Positions 29,189 through 39,178 of a stretch of DNA of 64,000 nucleotides are shown here, piece by piece. Origin of the DNA: Actinomycetota bacterium (lineage in GTDB: Bacteria; Actinomycetota; Actinomycetes; S36-B12; CAIYMF01); NCBI GenBank assembly GCA_947455705.1, contig CANGPO010000002.1, positions 63,170 to 127,169 of the forward strand, in the 5' to 3' direction. Each line of letters opens with the position of its first letter. The stretch's first letter is position 1. The notes beneath the pieces are model-generated. The model was not told the origin of the DNA. It saw only the letters and a list, made by a program, of their open reading frames with translations, and did not search any database. The position numbers and the translations under genes are program-made.

Positions 29189-29587
29189 TCAGGCGTCGAC
29201 GAACGGCCCGCGGTAGTACTCAAACACGAGCCCAATGAGCGACAGCATGAGCAGTACAACGCCCATGATCAGCAGCCAGACCGCGAAGATCAGGCCGATG
29301 CTGACGACAAAGGTGCTGAAGCCAACGGCCAAGGGCCACCAGCTATGCGGGCTGAAGAAGCCGTAATCCGGGTCAGCCTGATCAATGTTGGCAAGCGGAT
29401 TATCCTCTGGCCGCTCACCAATTCGGCGTGCGGTGAACAGGACGTAGAAACCGATCAGGAACGCCAGACACGCAGTCAGGGCCAAGGCCGTTGTACCGAC
29501 GAGCTCATGGGTTACAACCCAGTACGCCAAGGCGATGAGGGCGTACAAGGCGCTTCCGGCCGCGAAGAGAATGCCTTCGATTTTCAC
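29189..29587 (-). CDS. ctaF: Cytochrome c oxidase subunit IV
   Basis: [15 protein letters not shown] and VFEYY motifs; coupled to ctaD. Confidence 0.92.
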   Translation of the reverse strand: MKIEGILFAAGSALYALIALAYWVVTHELVGTTALALTACLAFLIGFYVLFTARRIGERPEDNPLANIDQADPDYGFFSPHSWWPLAVGFSTFVVSIGLIFAVWLLIMGVVLLMLSLIGLVFEYYRGPFVDA

Positions 29588-31320
29588 TTGGCCGCTCCCG
29601 TCGAAGACTCCACAACCTTGTCGAAAGACGCTGCCCGCTTCTGCGTAGCCACGTCAACAAGGTCTGGGTGATGCAGGTCGAACGCAGGACGCTCGGACCG
29701 GATCGGAGGTAGGGAGGTGAAGTTGTGACGCGGCGGCGGGCAACTTGTGGCCCACTCCAACGAGCAGCCCCAGCCCCACGGGTCGTCAACGGTGACCAGC
29801 GGCGCAGTCTTGTACGTCCGGTAGACGTTCAAGAAGAACGGCATCGTGGACATCGCCAGAATCACCGCACCAACACTGGACACGACGTTCAGAGTCGTGA
29901 AGCCATCTGAGGCAAGGTAGTCCGCGTAGCGTCGAGGCATACCTTCCGCGCCGAGCCAGTGCTGCACCAAGAAGGTGGTGTGGAAGCCAATGAACAGCAA
30001 CCAGAAGTGGATCTTGCCCAGACGCTCATCGAGCATGCGTCCTGTGAGCTTGGGCCACCAGAAGTAGAAGCCGGCAAACATGGCGAAAACAACGGTTCCA
30101 AAGACCACGTAGTGGAAGTGCGCCACGACGAAGTACGAGTCAGAAACCTGGAAGTCGATCGGCGGTGCCGACAACAGGATGCCAGTGAGCCCACCGAAAA
30201 GGAACGTGACCAGGAAGCCAATTGTCCACAGCATCGGTGTTTCAAATGACACCTGCCCTCGCCACATCGTTCCGATCCAGTTGAAGAACTTCACACCAGT
30301 AGGTACGGCGATCAACATGGTCATGAACGAGAAGAACGGAAGGTTGACCGCACCCGTGACGTACATATGGTGTGCCCAAACAGCAACGGACAGAGCAGCA
30401 ATCGAGATCGTGGCGAAAACCAGACCCTTGTATCCGAACAGCGGCTTGCGGCTGAAAACTGGCAGAACCTCCGTCGCGATACCGAAGAACGGAAGCGCCA
30501 GGATGTACACCTCAGGGTGACCGAAGAACCAGAACAGGTGCTGCCACAAGATGGCTCCACCGTTGGCAGCATCGAAGACCTGGGTGCCGAACTTGCGGTC
30601 GCACTCGAGCACGATGAAGGCCGCTGCAAGAACGGGGAACGCCATCAGAACCAAGATGCTGGTGAGCAACACGTTCCACGTGAAGATCGGCATGCGGAAC
30701 ATCGTCATGCCTGGTGCGCGCATGCAGAAGATCGTGGTGACGAAGTTGACTGCGCCAAGGATCGAGCCAAGACCACCAAGGGTGAAACCAAGGATCCACA
30801 GGTCGCTACCCACGTTCGGACTGTTGATCGCATTCGACAGCGGAGAGTAGGCGAACCAACCGAAAGATGCCGCGCCACCGGGGGTGAGGAACCCGAGGCA
30901 CACAATCAGACCACCGAAGAAGAAGAACCAGTAGGCCAACATGTTCAGGCGTGGAAAGGCTACGTCAGGGGCACCGATTTGAAGGGGCATGATCGCATTT
31001 GCAAAGCCCGCGAACAACGGAGTTGCGAACAGCAGCAACATGATGGAGCCGTGCATGGTGAACAACTGGTTGTACTGCTCGTTGGTGAAGAATTGCAGAC
31101 CCGGCTGGGCGAGCTCGGCGCGAATTCCGAGCGCGAGCACACCACCGAACAGGAAGAAGCCGAAAGAGGTGATCAGGTACAGATTGCCAATGACCTTGTG
31201 GTCAGTGGACGTGATCCACTTGACCAACGTACGGCCGAACCGACGACGCTGCGGCGTCGACGCCTGCACCCCATCGGGATCAGGCGTGTACTCAACAGGA
31301 CGATCAGTAAGAAGGGTCAT
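29584..31320 (-). CDS. ctaD: Cytochrome c oxidase subunit I
   Basis: [23 protein letters not shown] and MPRRY motifs. Confidence 0.98.
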   Translation of the reverse strand: MTLLTDRPVEYTPDPDGVQASTPQRRRFGRTLVKWITSTDHKVIGNLYLITSFGFFLFGGVLALGIRAELAQPGLQFFTNEQYNQLFTMHGSIMLLLFATPLFAGFANAIMPLQIGAPDVAFPRLNMLAYWFFFFGGLIVCLGFLTPGGAASFGWFAYSPLSNAINSPNVGSDLWILGFTLGGLGSILGAVNFVTTIFCMRAPGMTMFRMPIFTWNVLLTSILVLMAFPVLAAAFIVLECDRKFGTQVFDAANGGAILWQHLFWFFGHPEVYILALPFFGIATEVLPVFSRKPLFGYKGLVFATISIAALSVAVWAHHMYVTGAVNLPFFSFMTMLIAVPTGVKFFNWIGTMWRGQVSFETPMLWTIGFLVTFLFGGLTGILLSAPPIDFQVSDSYFVVAHFHYVVFGTVVFAMFAGFYFWWPKLTGRMLDERLGKIHFWLLFIGFHTTFLVQHWLGAEGMPRRYADYLASDGFTTLNVVSSVGAVILAMSTMPFFLNVYRTYKTAPLVTVDDPWGWGCSLEWATSCPPPRHNFTSLPPIRSERPAFDLHHPDLVDVATQKRAASFDKVVESSTGAAK

Positions 31321-32129
31321 TCCGGGACTCCCGTCGTAACGATGGTGCCAGTCTCAAGAAGCCCACCTTGGCCAGAGGCCTTCAGCGCAGCGATATGAGC
31401 GTCATAATCGGCCTTGCTAACGACGTGGACGCTGAACAGCATCTGCGAGTGGTAGGTGCCACACAGCTCCGCACACTTACCGGTGAACACACCGATCTTG
31501 TTCGGGGTTAGTTCAAATTGGTTCTCACGGCCGGGCACGACGTCCATCTTGAACAGGAACGCCGGCACCCAGAACGAGTGAATAACGTCAGGCGACGTGA
31601 GCTTGAAACGAGTGCGCTCATTGACCGGAAGCCATAATTCGGCCGGGTTAACAGGCGTACCCGTCTCATAGGCGCTATCGGTGATGTAGTTAAAGCCCCA
31701 GTTCCACTTGAACCCGACCACATTGACCACGTTCGGGGTGTTGTCAGTGAGTTTGGTGAGCTCTGCCTGATCGCGAGCGGTGAAGAAGAAGAGCCCGAAA
31801 ACCATCACGGCCGGGACAACTGTGTACATGATTTCCAACGGCAGGTTGTAGCGAACCTGAACCGGTGCACCCTCTGAACTTCGACGGCGATAGGCGATGA
31901 TCGCCCAGAAGATCAAGCCCCAGGTCAAGACACCAACCGCGAATGCGGCGATCCAGGCGTTCTGCCAGAACGCGAGCATGATGGGGCCCTGCTCAGTCGC
32001 AGGGGCCGGAAAGCCCAAGCGTCCCCACTCGGTATCAGATGAACAACCGGATAAACCCATGGCCAGGGCTGCCGCAGCGGCAACACCCACGACATGCCGG
32101 GCCCGGTTAGAGCGCGCAGACGGGCTCAC
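31317..32129 (-). CDS. ctaC: Cytochrome c oxidase subunit II
   Basis: Lipobox [23 protein letters not shown] CuA site. GTG start at 32129 chosen from a GGAAGG RBS; ORF-track start 32393 is too long. Confidence 0.95.
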   Translation of the reverse strand: MSPSARSNRARHVVGVAAAAALAMGLSGCSSDTEWGRLGFPAPATEQGPIMLAFWQNAWIAAFAVGVLTWGLIFWAIIAYRRRSSEGAPVQVRYNLPLEIMYTVVPAVMVFGLFFFTARDQAELTKLTDNTPNVVNVVGFKWNWGFNYITDSAYETGTPVNPAELWLPVNERTRFKLTSPDVIHSFWVPAFLFKMDVVPGRENQFELTPNKIGVFTGKCAELCGTYHSQMLFSVHVVSKADYDAHIAALKASGQGGLLETGTIVTTGVPE

Positions 32130-32279
32130 TGATCGCCTTCCCACGAAGCGTTGCGATCGGCCGTGAAGCCCGCCAGGTTCGGCAGGGAACAACAGCACGA
32201 TCTCGTCGAGACTTACGACCGTCAGACTAGCGCAGCATTGTCGAAGCGGCTCGGCAGGGTGGGGCGGTAACGTCATCTC

Positions 32280-33473
32280 GTGGCGCATGTGAATCCAGCC
32301 TCGGTCGGGCCGAGCGATACTCCTGATCCTCAGGTTCCGGCTGGGTATTTTGACGCTGCCAGCACCCTTCCTTTGCGCGCATCGGCACGTCAAGCGCTCC
32401 TAGCGGCGCTCGATCAAGGATTCGCTGATCCAAGCCGGCGCTATCACGACGCACGACGGGCGCGGACGCTGCTAGATCAAGCCCGCGAAAGTGTGGCGGC
32501 CGTCGTTGGAGCCCGACCCGATGACGTGAGTTTTGCCACTTCAGGGACGCAAGCAGCACATCTTGCCGTACTTGGCCTTGCTAAGGGCCGGGGGCGAGTG
32601 GGCCGCAGGATCTTGGTTTCTGCCGTTGAACACAGTGCGGTCATGCATGCAGCGAACGCCAGTCCAGATGCGGTCACCGAGACAATCCCCGTCGACGCCT
32701 ACGCACGGGTGACACGCCAGTCAGTCGACGAGGCTGTCGCTCCGGGCGACGTCGCGCTCGTTGCAATTCAGTCGGCAAATCACGAAGTGGGAACTCGCCA
32801 ACCGATCGACGAGATTGGTCAGACCCTTGCACCTCACAACATCCCCTTAGTCATGGACGCGGCCCAAACCCTCGGCCGGGATGACGTACCAACGGGGTGG
32901 AACATTCTCACCGGCAGTGCACATAAGTGGGGTGGGCCCGCAGGCGTGGGCCTTCTGGTGATCCGGCAAGGGACACGCTGGCGTTCACCACTACCGGAAG
33001 ATCTCCATGAAGGCGGTCGAATTCCCGGCTTCGTGGCGATTCCGCAGATCGTGGCGGCCGCAGTGGCCCTGCAGGAGGCGGAATCTGAGCGTCATGAGGA
33101 GTCGGACAGACTTCGCCGATTGACGATGAGATTGCGTAACGAGCTTCCAACTCTCATTCCGGACTCAGTGGTGCTGGGGCATCCCGACGATCGACTCCCC
33201 CACCTGGTCACCTTGTCCGTGGCGTACGTTCCCGGCGAAGCCGTCCTCGCCGAAATCGATCGGGCCGGGTTCGCTGTCTCGTCCGGATCGTCCTGTGTAG
33301 CGGAGTCGCTCACCCCGTCACACGTCCTCGTGGCCATGGGTGCCTTAACGCAGGGCAACATTCGGATTTCACTACCGCCACGCACCCGTGAATCCGATGT
33401 CGACCGATTCATGTCTATTCTCCCCGCGATCATCTCCAGTGTTCGTGAATCACTAGGCGCAGGTGACCTATGA
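32280..33473 (+). CDS. iscS: IscS/NifS-like cysteine desulfurase
   Basis: YFDAASTLP, NHEVG, DAAQ, SAHKWGGP (PLP Lys), SSGSSC (catalytic Cys); leaderless TAACGT promoter. Confidence 0.9.
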   Translation: MAHVNPASVGPSDTPDPQVPAGYFDAASTLPLRASARQALLAALDQGFADPSRRYHDARRARTLLDQARESVAAVVGARPDDVSFATSGTQAAHLAVLGLAKGRGRVGRRILVSAVEHSAVMHAANASPDAVTETIPVDAYARVTRQSVDEAVAPGDVALVAIQSANHEVGTRQPIDEIGQTLAPHNIPLVMDAAQTLGRDDVPTGWNILTGSAHKWGGPAGVGLLVIRQGTRWRSPLPEDLHEGGRIPGFVAIPQIVAAAVALQEAESERHEESDRLRRLTMRLRNELPTLIPDSVVLGHPDDRLPHLVTLSVAYVPGEAVLAEIDRAGFAVSSGSSCVAESLTPSHVLVAMGALTQGNIRISLPPRTRESDVDRFMSILPAIISSVRESLGAGDL

Positions 33474-33736
33474 CCATCGACGGTCATTACGACGTCGTCC
33501 TCGACGAACGTGGCACGGTCTGCCCGATGCCAATCATTGCGTTGGCCAAACAAACGAAACAAACCCCTGAGGCAACGATCCTGTTGCTCGCCGACGATCC
33601 CGCAGCCGCAAGCGATATTCCCGCTTGGTGCGCCATGCGTTCTCGGGTGTTGATCGCCGCCGGTAACGCGGCAGATGGTCACGGTCAGGCGTATCTCATC
33701 GCCCCAGCCCAGGATTCCGCGTTAGACATTCTCTAG
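33470..33736 (+). CDS. tusA: TusA/SirA-family sulfur carrier
   Basis: LDERGTVCPMPII (CPxP) and ADDP...DIPAWC; ATGA overlap with iscS. Confidence 0.88.
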   Translation: MTIDGHYDVVLDERGTVCPMPIIALAKQTKQTPEATILLLADDPAAASDIPAWCAMRSRVLIAAGNAADGHGQAYLIAPAQDSALDIL

Positions 33737-34420
33737 TCAGCGTGGCATCGGGAAAACAGGCTCAAGGCCGCGAGTGCGCTCGAGCATGGTCAGATATCGC
33801 GGGCGCGCAATCTCAATGACACCGAGCGATGCTAGGTGATCTGTGCGCCACTGAACATCGAGCAAACGGTGATCAACCTGTGGCCCAGATTTCAACACGT
33901 CAACCAAGTGCACGAGAGCAGCCTTGGATGCATCGCGCTGGATGCTGAACATGGACTCGCCTGCGAACAACCCGTCGATCTCGACCCCGTAGAGGCCCCC
34001 CACTAAATCCCCATCAGCAGTGCGCGTCTCGACCGAATGCGCGAAGCCGATGCGATGCAGTTCTTCATATGCATCAATGACGGCTCCGTCGATCCAACCG
34101 TGGGGACGGTCCGGATCGGCACAGGACTCGACGACCGCGCGGAAGTCCGTGTCGACCGTCGTTACGAACTTGCGCATGGACTTTCGGAGCGACGATGTAA
34201 CGCGTAGGCGATCCAGCGGCAGAACCCCACGAGGATCCGGTGACCACCATCCGATCGGACCACCAGGTTCAACCGGCATGGGAAAGACCCCTGACCTATA
34301 AGCCGCCAGTAATGTCCCCGGTTCTAGGTCGGCCCCGACGCCAAGGATTTCTTGGCCCGGATCAGCCGCGGCCGGATCCGGCAACACCCATTGAGATTCT
34401 GGTGGCTCAGGTCGGGTCAT
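33737..34420 (-). CDS. aat: Leucyl/phenylalanyl-tRNA-protein transferase
   Basis: LLAAYRSGVFPM, WWSPDPRG, GFAHSVE, GGLYGV, FAGESMFS, DASKAAL and LLDVQ motifs. Confidence 0.95.
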   Translation of the reverse strand: MTRPEPPESQWVLPDPAAADPGQEILGVGADLEPGTLLAAYRSGVFPMPVEPGGPIGWWSPDPRGVLPLDRLRVTSSLRKSMRKFVTTVDTDFRAVVESCADPDRPHGWIDGAVIDAYEELHRIGFAHSVETRTADGDLVGGLYGVEIDGLFAGESMFSIQRDASKAALVHLVDVLKSGPQVDHRLLDVQWRTDHLASLGVIEIARPRYLTMLERTRGLEPVFPMPR

Positions 34421-34442
34421 GGCTGATCGATGGGAACTACAA

Positions 34443-35429
34443 CTAGGGACGCTGACAGCGAATGTGTTCGGCCACCTCGTCCGCGGCAGCCTGGCCGTAC
34501 GTCTGCGCAAAGCGAGTCAAGAAGTGCCGTTGAGCGAGCTCATACTCTTGAGTACCGACGGTCTCGATCACGTACGTCGCCAAGAGCGATCCAATCTGTG
34601 CGCTGCGCTCGTAGGAAAGATCCCACGCCAGCCCGGAGAAGAAGCCAGCCCTAAACGCATCGCCAACACCCGTTGGATCGGCCTTACGTTCCTCGGGCGG
34701 ACAACCCACCTCGATGGTCGTCATGCCATTGGCTTCAATACGGGAACCATCTTTGCCGAGTGTGGTGACGCGCACTCCGACGTGATCAAGTACCTCAGCT
34801 GATGACCAGCCGGTCTTTTGTTCGATCAGCCCGGCCTCGTAGTCATTGCAGAATAAGTAGGCAGCACCTTCAATGAGCTGCTTGATGTCGTCGCCCTCTA
34901 GCCGGGCAAGTTGCTGGCTGGGGTCGGCGATAAATGGGATCCCGCGAAAGCGGCACTCGTCGGTGTGACGAGCCATGGCTTCCGGATCGTTAGCGCCGAT
35001 GAGCACCAAATCAAGCGCGCCAACCCGATCCACGACCGGGCCCAATTCGATTTCGCGTGCCTCCGTCATCGCCCCCGGATAGAACGAGGCGATCTGGCAC
35101 TGCTCGGTATCGGTCGTGCAGACGAATCGAGCCGTGTGCCGCACCTCGGAAACCCGAACCGAGGTGGTGTCGACGCCATGTCGTTCCAGCCACGAACGGT
35201 AGTCGGCAAAGTCCTGCCCAACCGCAGCGACCAGGACTGGATTCAAACCGAGTACACCCATCCCGAAGGCGATGTTCGCGGCAACCCCACCACGTCGAAC
35301 GTCGAGCTCATCGACAAGGAAGGACAGTGAGATGCGATCGAGTTTCTCCGCCACGATCGAATCAGCGAATTTACCGGGGAAGGTCATGAGGTGATCAGTT
35401 GCTATTGACCCAGTGACACATACGCGCAC
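34443..35429 (-). CDS. adoK: PfkB-family kinase (adenosine kinase-like)
   Basis: VTGSIATDHLM, RGGVAANIA, NDYE and DPTGVGDAFRAG; start GTG 35429. Confidence 0.9.
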   Translation of the reverse strand: MRVCVTGSIATDHLMTFPGKFADSIVAEKLDRISLSFLVDELDVRRGGVAANIAFGMGVLGLNPVLVAAVGQDFADYRSWLERHGVDTTSVRVSEVRHTARFVCTTDTEQCQIASFYPGAMTEAREIELGPVVDRVGALDLVLIGANDPEAMARHTDECRFRGIPFIADPSQQLARLEGDDIKQLIEGAAYLFCNDYEAGLIEQKTGWSSAEVLDHVGVRVTTLGKDGSRIEANGMTTIEVGCPPEERKADPTGVGDAFRAGFFSGLAWDLSYERSAQIGSLLATYVIETVGTQEYELAQRHFLTRFAQTYGQAAADEVAEHIRCQRP

Positions 35430-35543
35430 GATGAACTCTCCATGACGTGGTGGTGATTCGTCCGTTTTACCCATATCCCAAGCGGATGCTGGGCAGTACA
35501 TTGACCTTAGTGGGCCGACCAAGACAAATTGATGCAGGCCCGC

Positions 35544-35569
35544 GGAACCAGACCCCGTGATGACGCGTC
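35544..35569 (+). promoter_or_regulatory. ECF sigma-type promoter upstream of the large lipoprotein
   Basis: GGAAC-N17-CGTC, about 55 nt before the RBS-preceded ATG at 35623. Confidence 0.55.
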
Positions 35570-35622
35570 CGACCGATGACACGACAGATCGAGCGAGCAT
35601 CGTTCACCTTCCGGAGGCCGCC

Positions 35623-37347
35623 ATGGCACGTAGCGTCAGCTCTATGAAGCATTCACGTGAGTCGCAACCTGCGCGTTCCAAGCAGCAATTGCGCGGCGTC
35701 GTCGCCGTTGGTATCGGTGCGCTGTTACTGCTGTCAGCATGTGGCACCCAAAAGGTCGTTACCGGTTCGGGCGATCAACTCCCCCTGCTGCACATCGGTC
35801 AGTCATCGCAGGCTCTTGGAGCCCCTGCTGCCATGGATTCAACCAGCGCAGCCACTGGCTGGACCTTCGAAGGCACCGCACCAGCAACCCCAGCCAATGG
35901 CCCGGTGTTGCAGTACGACGCAACTGCCGTGTCCGAAGCGCGCGTCACCGAGCTCGCGGCAAGTCTGGGGCTGACAAACGTGGCCACCAAGCACGCACAT
36001 GGCTGGGAGGTTGCCAGCAGCACATCAACCCTGCGGGTGCGCGACACCGGCGAGTGGGCATATGCGCGTGAGTCCGGACCATGTGCGTCGGTCTATCTCG
36101 ACATCGACTCCGCTGACGGTAACGGCGGTGTCGCATGCGCAGATGGATCAGTGGCTATCGCCTCAGGATCTGTTTCCAGCACTGGCACCAGCACTGGCAT
36201 GGCCATGGGTGGCGTGAGCTCGAATGCAACTCCAGACTCGTCCGGCATCATCGCGCCGGCCGCACCAACGGCAAAGCCCGAAGCACCGGTGGCAACGAGT
36301 ACCAACGCCCCGGTGGAATGTGGCCCAGCAGTTGATTGCGTACCGATGTCGCCGCCCGCTACCTGTGTGGGCGGACCTGCCGTTGACTGCGGACCTGTTT
36401 CACTACCACCGGCAGTTTCCGATGCCACCGCACTGGCAGCTGCCACGCCGGTCATCAAGGCTGCGCACCTCGACGGCACGCCTTTTGTCGCACCGTGGGG
36501 CGGATCACCAGCAACTGTGCTGATCGACCCCACGATCGTCGACCTGCCCACGTCCGGAGTTCAAACCTCGATCAGCGTGGACGATAAGGGTGTCGTAAAC
36601 GGCTATGGTCGAATTGGCAACCCAGTCGAACTTGCCCAGTACCCGGTCATTTCAGCGGTCGAGGCTCTGAAGTCTCTCAATGACATGCCGCGACCGATGA
36701 TCGACATCGCGTGCCCGGTAGAGAACAACATCAACCCGTCGGTTTCCGCCGCTCCGGTGCCGCTGCCCTCATGTGGCGCACCTGCCCCCATGGTGTTTTC
36801 TGACGTCGCGTTCGGATTACAACTTCAGTGGGATGGCGCCAAGACAATCTTGGTACCGGCATGGCTTTTCACCCCGAAGGGATCAACGAGTTCAGCGGAC
36901 ATCATCGGGTCGGTCGCGGTAGCCCCTGCGTACATCGCAGAACCAACGCCGATCCCCGTCCCGTCAATGTCCACCATGCCGATGCCAGTCCCAGGCAGCA
37001 GTGGCGGTGGAGCTGTGGCCTCGGCAGGAACTGCAAGTTCGGGAGCCGCAACGGGATCTGGTGGAACAGCGACGCAGAGCGCTACCTCCTACACCGACAA
37101 CGGGGACCAAACCCTCACCCTGCACTTCTGGGGTGGCGACTGTTCGACGTACGTAGCGGTTGCTAAGGAATCCGAGAAGGATGTCGTCGTGTTCATCACC
37201 GACACTCCCACCAATCCCGGCGGAATGTGCGACGCAATGGCCAAGGCCACTGACGTCGTGCTCAAACTCTCCGCACCGCTTGGGTCCCGTCACGTCATCG
37301 ATGGCCCCAGCGGAGCGCCGTTAACACCGGGAACCGCCCCAAAGTAG
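35623..37347 (+). CDS. Large Cys-rich lipoprotein of unknown function
   Basis: GGAGG RBS, lipobox LSAC (Cys codon 35740), Ser/Thr/Pro/Ala linkers, duplicated GPAVDC, C-terminal domain ending LSAPLGSRHVIDG. Confidence 0.8.
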   Translation: MARSVSSMKHSRESQPARSKQQLRGVVAVGIGALLLLSACGTQKVVTGSGDQLPLLHIGQSSQALGAPAAMDSTSAATGWTFEGTAPATPANGPVLQYDATAVSEARVTELAASLGLTNVATKHAHGWEVASSTSTLRVRDTGEWAYARESGPCASVYLDIDSADGNGGVACADGSVAIASGSVSSTGTSTGMAMGGVSSNATPDSSGIIAPAAPTAKPEAPVATSTNAPVECGPAVDCVPMSPPATCVGGPAVDCGPVSLPPAVSDATALAAATPVIKAAHLDGTPFVAPWGGSPATVLIDPTIVDLPTSGVQTSISVDDKGVVNGYGRIGNPVELAQYPVISAVEALKSLNDMPRPMIDIACPVENNINPSVSAAPVPLPSCGAPAPMVFSDVAFGLQLQWDGAKTILVPAWLFTPKGSTSSADIIGSVAVAPAYIAEPTPIPVPSMSTMPMPVPGSSGGGAVASAGTASSGAATGSGGTATQSATSYTDNGDQTLTLHFWGGDCSTYVAVAKESEKDVVVFITDTPTNPGGMCDAMAKATDVVLKLSAPLGSRHVIDGPSGAPLTPGTAPK

Positions 37348-37380
37348 GGACGTGGCCACGTACCTCGCGCGGCCAATGAC

Positions 37381-37436
37381 CTCAGAACGCGACTATGGCG
37401 GCACCCCATCGGGATGCCGCCATAGTGATGTCTGAG
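37381..37436. terminator. Bidirectional terminator between the lipoprotein gene and iscA
   Basis: 12-bp stem ACTATGGCGGCA/TGCCGCCATAGT, extended by CTCAGA/TCTGAG. Confidence 0.8.
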
Positions 37437-37460
37437 GGATCTTTTCAATCCCTAGGAGCT

Positions 37461-37826
37461 CTAGGAGAACGAATCTCCACAGGCACATGAGCCTGACGCG
37501 TTCGGATTATCGATCGTGAAGCCCTGCTTTTCGATGGTGTCGACGAAGTCGATCGTCGCGCCACCGAGATACGGAGCACTCATGCGGTCAGTGACGACGC
37601 GAACGGTCCCGAACTCCTTGATGACGTCACCGTCAAGTGAGCGATCGTCGAAGAAGAGTTGGTAACGCAGACCAGAACAGCCACCTGGCTGTACGGCAAC
37701 GCGCAGCGCGAGGTCGTCGCGACCTTCCTGGGTGAGCAGGGTCGAAACCTTGCTGGCAGCCTCATCGGTGAGCAGGATTCCGTCGGTAACAGGAGTGGTG
37801 TTCTCCGTGGTGACGTCGGCGGTCAT
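37461..37826 (-). CDS. iscA: IscA/HesB/ErpA Fe-S cluster carrier
   Basis: GGCSGLRYQL and CACGDSF motifs. Confidence 0.96.
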   Translation of the reverse strand: MTADVTTENTTPVTDGILLTDEAASKVSTLLTQEGRDDLALRVAVQPGGCSGLRYQLFFDDRSLDGDVIKEFGTVRVVTDRMSAPYLGGATIDFVDTIEKQGFTIDNPNASGSCACGDSFS

Positions 37827-37866
37827 ATGCGGATCCTCCGGATCTAGGTCTATTGGTCGTACGTCC

Positions 37867-37893
37867 CAACACCTGACGTGTCTGAGTAATTCC
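37867..37893 (-). promoter_or_regulatory. SigR/SigH thiol-stress promoter for iscA
   Basis: Minus strand GGAAT-TACTCAGACACGTCAGGT-GTTG = GGAAT-N18-GTT. Confidence 0.75.
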
Positions 37894-37967
37894 CGAGGGA
37901 CATCCCTATCTTGCCACGGAATCTGGATTTAACGAGCGCTGGGCGTCCACTCGCGCCATCTTGTGCG

Positions 37968-39125
37968 TCAACTACCCCACGTGCGGGCTACCCGAGCAGC
38001 CAGTTCGGCCACCTGCGCAGACGCATCGTTGATGGCCATCTGCTCGTCAAGGCCCCTAGCCCGTACGTCGTCCACGACCGCGAAGGCGGCAGTTACACCG
38101 CTGGCCGCGAACTCGCGTCGACCCACCTCAACCCGGCCCGCGATGACGACGCACGGTCGGCCCTGCTCAAGGGCTGCGGAGGCAACACCCGAAACGACCT
38201 TCCCGCGCAAACTCTGCCAATCGAATGAGCCCTCCCCCGTCACTACAACATCGCTGTTAGCAATGAGCCCAACCAGGCCCACCGTCTCGAGCACCGTGGC
38301 AATTCCAGGAACTCGGCTGGCGCCAAGATGCATCAGCGCGAATCCAAGTCCGCCACCCGCACCGGCTCCGAGCGCCACCGCCGGATCCTTGCCATCGGCC
38401 CGACGTCCGAGTGCAGCGACGAAGTTCTCCAACGCTCCTTCAAGCTCCATGACGGCCCCATCATCAGCACCCTTTTGGCGCGCGTAGCCGTTCGTGGCCC
38501 CCCGTAGACCGAGGAGCGGATTGTCGACGTCAGATGCGACCACAAGTTCGACACCGTCGACCGCCGAGCGCACGTCGGTGAGATCGACGGCCGTGATACC
38601 AGTTAATGCCGCACCACCATTGCGCAAAGCATCGGTGCAATCGACACCGGAAACTCCCTGCGCTTTCGCACCTAAAGCCGCCAGCAGGCCGGCACCAGCA
38701 TCGTTCGTCCCCGTTCCACCGAGCCCGATCACGATCTGTCGAGCGCCGAGTGCAACCGCATGACGTACCAACTCGCCGAGCCCAAACGTCGAGGTTCGAC
38801 GCGGATCGCGCTTACCTCGGGGCACGAGGTGAAGACCACAGGCTTGAGAACTTTCGAGGTACGCGGTCTTTGCACCATCACGATCAACGATCAAGACGTC
38901 TGCCAGCGTAGGTTCCCCGAGTGGCCCCGAGATTGTCACCGGATGGAGTTGACCTCCGAGCCCACCGTGGATCACCGACACGAAACCCGGACCACCATCA
39001 GATAGTGGCAACTGATGAACAACATCGTTTGGTGACGTGCGCTGCCAGCCATCGGCGATCGCCTCGCTGGCTTGCATCGCCGACAACGTGCCCGTGAAGG
39101 AATCAGGGGCGATCAGTACGCGCAT
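37968..39125 (-). CDS. glxK: Glycerate kinase
   Basis: LIAPDSFTGTLSA, SDGGPG, GLGGTGTNDAG, GAGAGGG and TGEGSFD motifs. Confidence 0.94.
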   Translation of the reverse strand: MRVLIAPDSFTGTLSAMQASEAIADGWQRTSPNDVVHQLPLSDGGPGFVSVIHGGLGGQLHPVTISGPLGEPTLADVLIVDRDGAKTAYLESSQACGLHLVPRGKRDPRRTSTFGLGELVRHAVALGARQIVIGLGGTGTNDAGAGLLAALGAKAQGVSGVDCTDALRNGGAALTGITAVDLTDVRSAVDGVELVVASDVDNPLLGLRGATNGYARQKGADDGAVMELEGALENFVAALGRRADGKDPAVALGAGAGGGLGFALMHLGASRVPGIATVLETVGLVGLIANSDVVVTGEGSFDWQSLRGKVVSGVASAALEQGRPCVVIAGRVEVGRREFAASGVTAAFAVVDDVRARGLDEQMAINDASAQVAELAARVARTWGS

Positions 39126-39178
39126 AACATCTACGCTAGCGCGAGGCAGTAGCGCACGGGCCGTGGGAGGATTCACAT

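Noticed and set aside
30367-31398. 343-aa antisense ORF over ctaD
   Set aside because: Shadow frame; ctaD fully explains the sequence.
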